In this document: one piece after another, positions 32,101-38,100 of the stretch
Layout of the letters: the number at the start of each line of letters is the position of its first letter
How positions within the stretch are numbered: the first letter of the stretch is position 1
IMG/VR virus record: IMGVR_UViG_3300007513_000028
Location: 5,674 to 69,673 of that record
Length of the DNA: 64,000 nucleotides
Source of the DNA: a virus
Strand: one strand, 5' to 3'
Position numbers and translations under genes: made by a program
Notes under the pieces: model-generated
Told to the model about the DNA's origin: nothing
The model's input: the letters and a program-made list of their open reading frames with translations, nothing else
Databases searched by the model: none

Positions 32101-35100
32101 TTCGGCGAGCAGTAGGCAATACCATGTGGTTCTCTGGATTCCAGCTTGAAGAAGTTGCATCTGATATAGTTACCCCGTCTGAATTCAAGCGACCCACAGA
32201 CAGAACCGATATTATCTTCGGCCGCCAAATCACAGACGGCAAGATTCTCACACGATATGAAACCCATTATCCAGATGATCTCTCGGGAACACATTGGGGC
32301 CCAAATCCAACCATCACTCCAAAGCAGGGTCTGCCCAATCCAGAACCCCACGGAGATAGCTGGCACAATACATCAAACAACAATCTGATTTTTAGGTATC
32401 ATCAGAACACCTCAGACAATTCTGCACAGACAATGTTCTGGACGGCAAGCACAGATCCAGAGGCTCCTTCTGGATGGTACTCGACAGAAGACCCGCGAAC
32501 CATCATTGGCGTCAATGCAAACACGACTGCCCATGAGGCACTTGCCAATGCAGCAACAGCACAGGCGGCCGCCGACAGAGAAATTCAGTCTTTCTTTGCA
32601 GTCCATACTCCTGCACAAACTGCAAGTGGAAATGGTGATGTCTGGATTCAAATTGATAATGTATTAAAGTCAGACGGCACGGCAAACACAGGTTCAATTT
32701 TTGTGTGGAATGATGCCATTCCTGAGTGGCAACAAAGACCAGAAAGTGCAATTGGCCGAGGGTTCCTGAAGACATTCACAGAAGGAATTGGAAGCAACTG
32801 GATGTCCAAGGCATTTTCTACATTTGATGAAGATCCAAATGACTATAATCATCAGATAACTTATTTAAATCGACCAGACAGGAATACTGCTGGCGCGAAC
32901 CCCGATTGGCACAATGAACATCCCGGGGCCCCATATCAATTTTATGGTTGGCAGCATAATACACATACAACAAATACAACATATGGATATGGAGATTCTG
33001 GCAGCCTTGTTGTCACGACAAACAATGTTCTCGGCGGAACCTTTGGTTCAGAAGATGACCCGTGGACCGACTGGTATGAATCTCATTTATATATCGGAGC
33101 GGGGACATTTGACCATCCTGTATATTTCACGGACCCATATAATTATATCAGAGTTCCAAAGGGCAAGAAGTGGATTTACTCTTTCTACATCCGAACGGAC
33201 TTTGCCACTCCGACAACTGCCCCAGGTGGAAAATTTTATTTACAAGATTTTATTGTAAGAAACTCTGAAAACAAAAAAGCAAATGCAGTATATATGAATA
33301 GTTTTGAGATGGCTCCTGTGGGAACGGGGGCTGTTCCTTCCAGATGGATTCCGGTAACCGATGCTGCCGCATCTGGCTGGGAAAGAGTTTCTGGTGTTTT
33401 GGATTTATCTTCCGAGAGCTTTGTGGTTGGTAGTCAAATTGATAAGGACAATCATACGGCAGCAGGAATCTTTGAAGATAATGGCGCGACAGCCGCAAAA
33501 ATTAAATATAATGAAGTTGATGAACTTCGATTTCATTCGTATACAGGATCGCTTGTCGGAAATACAATATGGATAAGTGCGGCACAATTGGAAGAAGTTG
33601 CTGGCGAAAGAATAAATCCAAGTCCATTCCAAGAACCTTCTTCAAAGAGCCAACTTGATTTTGCCAGAGCCATTGCAGACGGAAAGATTGTCACTCACTA
33701 TGAACCAAATAGTGGAAATCCAAATTATTTGGGCCCAGACCCATCGACTTTTCCAAAGTCGGGCGAACCCAATGTGACTCCCTTTGGTGATCTTTGGGTT
33801 GATGTCGCAAATAATAATATTGTATTCCGTTATCATCAGAACACTTCAAACTATACTTCAAGAAAAGTTTATCATGCAAATACTGCACCGCATAATCATG
33901 CCGATGAATCTGGATGGTATTCCACAGAAGACCTGAGAACTCCAGATGCTGCTGCCATTATTGGCGATGACTCGACGCCGGGAACTCTTGTGTACGATAC
34001 CCAGAAGGCACTCGCAGATGCAGCAAAGGCTGCGACAGCCGCCGATGCAGAACTTTTTGTGTTCTTTGAAACAAGTTCAAACACAGACATGATTGATGAC
34101 CGTTTTGGTTATGGCTCATCGACAGGCCCGGCAACAGGAAATGGCGACATTTGGATTCATACTGACTTTGCAACAAATCCAGATGGTACTCCAAACAATC
34201 AGGCAATCTACTTTGCAAACCTGAGTACAGATGCAGCCGGGCCTGGTGTTGTCCGCATAGGAACCACAGGCTGGACACAATCCCCAGACAACGCAATAGG
34301 TCGCGGATTCATCGAACAGTTTGCGAGTGTCGGTGTGAAGAATTGGATGCACTCTGGGTATTCTCTCTTTGATGAGCCTATAGATGACTATGATATTCCT
34401 GACACCTCTTCGGGAACCAGAGCATATGGAGGTTTTACTACACGACCATGGCCAATGGGAAGAGTTCATAATGCATCTTTGCTTGAAATTGATACTTCCG
34501 GTGGTGCCAATGCATATATCGGAAGCACAAGTCTAAAATATACTCATGGCGCATCGGGTGGCGGGCAAGAATCCACAGTTGGTTTGGCAAATACATATAA
34601 TCCTGTTTCTCTTGGGCCTTGGCCAGCCAAGTATGCAATTGAGATTCCCAAGGGAAAGAGATGGATTTTTTCTAGTTATGCAAAATCTAATGATGCCTCG
34701 GCAGAATTTAGACTCCGTGTTTATGGAGCAAACATTTCTCATAGAACTACTTTTGTGGGAACCTATGATGCGAATGGAGTGTCTTTAGGAACTTCCGGTG
34801 CCTATAAAACTGTTTCGGCGGCTGATACTTGGGACAGGATTTCTGGTGTTCTTGATTTGTCTACGTCAACTAATGATTTAGACCAAATAGACCAATTAGT
34901 TATTGTATTAAATACAAAACATTCAACAACCCAGGTTCGTGAAAATTGGTTCGACGCAATCCAACTTGAAGAAGCCCCTGGGGCCAGAATCCTCCCCGGT
35001 CAATTCTCTGACCCTGACAGACAAATCAGCGATGACTTCGCACGGGCACTCTCAGACGGAAAGATTCTGACCCACTATGAACCTGCCATTGACAATCTCA

Positions 35101-38100
35101 AGGCATGGTGGATGATGGATGCCGCAAATACCTCTGGGTGGATTGCGAATGAAGTTAATCCTGGGACTTATGATGCGGTGTGGACGGAGAATGCAACTCA
35201 AAATACATTTGTTGGCGATACCATCTTTGGGGCCGGAAAGAGTGCAGACCTTCTAAATACTGCCGGAATTGGTTTGCTTGAAGATGATGATGTCAATACA
35301 TTAAACGAGACAACATATACCATTTGGTTCAAACCAACCGGGCAAAATCAAGATACTGGTGCAAGAATTATTACAAGAGATGTTTCTTCTTTTTGGGGAT
35401 TGTATTTTAGTGGTAATTGGAGTGCTTCTGCCCAGACAGGAGATGTGCTACCAGTAATATTTAATATAGCAAGTTCAGTTTCTGATACAATGTCTGCTGG
35501 CGTAAAATTTGGAGTATGGAATTTCTTTGCAATTACTCTTGATTATAATACAAAGGTAGCAAAATCATATTCTTATAATGAAATTGATGGATTTGTTGTT
35601 GAATCACCAAGCCTTACTATACCTTCGACTGCAACCCCATCTAATGATCCTGATCTAACAGACGAAGGATCTCCATTTCATATTCGTTCCGTTAAATTGG
35701 GAATTAATTCCGAATCTCCGGCAGCAAAAATAATAGAAAACCCTACCAGTCGTATACACGGAAGATATGACCATGTAAGATTCTATGACAAGGTTCTCTC
35801 CAAACCTGACATTGATGCCATCTTTAACATAAGAACCCGAACAAGAAAACAACCAGACGCCGAACTGTATCCGTACTGGTACTCCAACAATGTTGTATAT
35901 GGGCCAGACCCCGAATTTACTCCGCAGAAAAGACTCCCAAATCCTGCACCCCACGGGGATTACTGGTATGACTCTTCGGACTTCAATCGACCATTCCGAT
36001 ACAATCAGAACACTTCCAACAAGGTCGCTCAGACGGCCTACTATTCGACCATTGCATATCAAGAAGAAAAACTTGGATACGAACCCTCTGGATGGTTTAC
36101 CACAGGCGACGGAACCGCCGAAATTTCTGCCGACTCTATTGGTGATGTAGGAAGAGATGTTGCAGAATCACTTGAAAACATAAGGCGACTGAATCCTCTT
36201 GTTGACCATGAAATTAAGATTTTCTTTGAGACAGAAGGCACGACACATTTTGCAAATGCATTAGGCACGCACACCACAGCCGCCTACGGAGACATCTGGA
36301 TCAACACCAGCGACTATAATGCCAATGGCTATACTGGTGGATTGGTTTCCAATGCAATCTTCCGATGGCAGAACAGTCTCGGTTTGTCTACTGACGATAC
36401 AAGAACAGAGGCTTCGAGCGGAGCAACTCAGGGCCTGGCATGGCGTTCCGCAGAAGACGATGCATTCGGTCAAATTTATCTTTCTGCATCCTATGCCTCA
36501 AATGCAGCCGACCGATTGGTTGCAGTCTATTCGGGCTCAGGAACTGCCGAAGCAAGTGCATGGTATGGTCCGAACGTTGCATTCACCATGACAGGAATTC
36601 GGAATCCAAATCCAGATGGTGATCTCTGGTATGACACAGGAAATAATAATATTGCTCATGTGTTCAACAAGGTCAATGGCACCTGGCCCGAGTTTGCACA
36701 GACTGTTCATTCTGATGCATCTTCAATGGTTTCCGAAGGATGGTACAGACTTGAAGACCTTCGGGCGGCGTCGGCCGACCGCGCCCGTGAGATTGCACTT
36801 GCGACAGGAACGGACAGGCACGCTCAGATATTTACCAGTACAACTGCTCCGACAACATCAACAGGCAATGGTGATATTTGGGTTGATACGAGTGATATAT
36901 TAAATTCTGATGGTACTGCAAATTATGATGCAATTTATATTGCAAATACAAAAGACCCCACTTCTATTCCTGCAAATGATGGAAGAGGCTGGACAGTAGA
37001 ACCAAATAGTGGTCTTGGTCGTTCACATCTTGAAAGACTTATGGGCGAATCAGGAAGAAATTGGATGCCAGCCGCAATCTCTTTGTGGAATTCACCTTCT
37101 GTAGATTATCAAATATTACACGCAAGTACAACTTGGCACACAAATCCATTGCCTCCCGAACCATTACATAGATTTCATTCGTATGTGGTGCTTCGGACTC
37201 CCCGGCCGCATACTTATTATAATACAAGTGGCGGGCTTTCTTCAACAGATGGAATTGCAGGTGTCGGAAATACTGCGCGTATTGAAATTATTTCTGATAC
37301 AAATGTTGGTCCGACAGGAAATAGTTATATTAGTGGAAAGGCATTCCGAACATATACTGGAAATACTATAGACTCAGATGGCAATTCTCATGAGACAGAT
37401 TATTTGCTAAGTTGGTTTGCGAATGCTGCTGCCAGCGAAGAGTCTGCATGGGAATCACCTGCTGTGATTGACATTCCAAGAGGAAGAGATTGGATTCTTT
37501 CTTATTATACAAAATCCTATAGCTATCCTGCCATCAGCCCTGCCGGTAACCGGACTGGAGAATTAAGAGTATACGCTAAAAAGAAATATGATGATGACGG
37601 AAGCGCAAATACATGGCATACTGCCCGAGATGGCGGGCTTGGTTTTGACGTGAGCGCCCCCCCATACCCCACTCAAGGAGAATGGGTAAGAAGACATAGC
37701 TTTCTTAACTTTTCTCGCGACGGCCAAGAAGGCGGCAGGTATGGAACTAATTATTCTATAAAAGAAGGAAGTGAAGTATATAATGGAGTCTTTGAAGGTG
37801 CTGATGGTGGGCTTGCTACTGTTGGTGCGACTGTAGATATTACTAATCCTGAATATGTAGAGTATACAGCCGAAGCAGATGGTTTTAGACCAACTCATAC
37901 ACTAGACAGCGGTGATTTCGCACAATTTGCAGGAGTGGACGGGGGACTTGTTACTGCAAATGTTCAATCGGTTGTCGATCATAACATGCCCGGAGTCCAA
38001 AGTATCACGTTTGGGCGCATCAACTGGAAAACAACCGTGGATACTACAATGGGAGGGGCGGACGGCAAGCAAACGGATATTCGTTGGTCTGGAACTCCTG

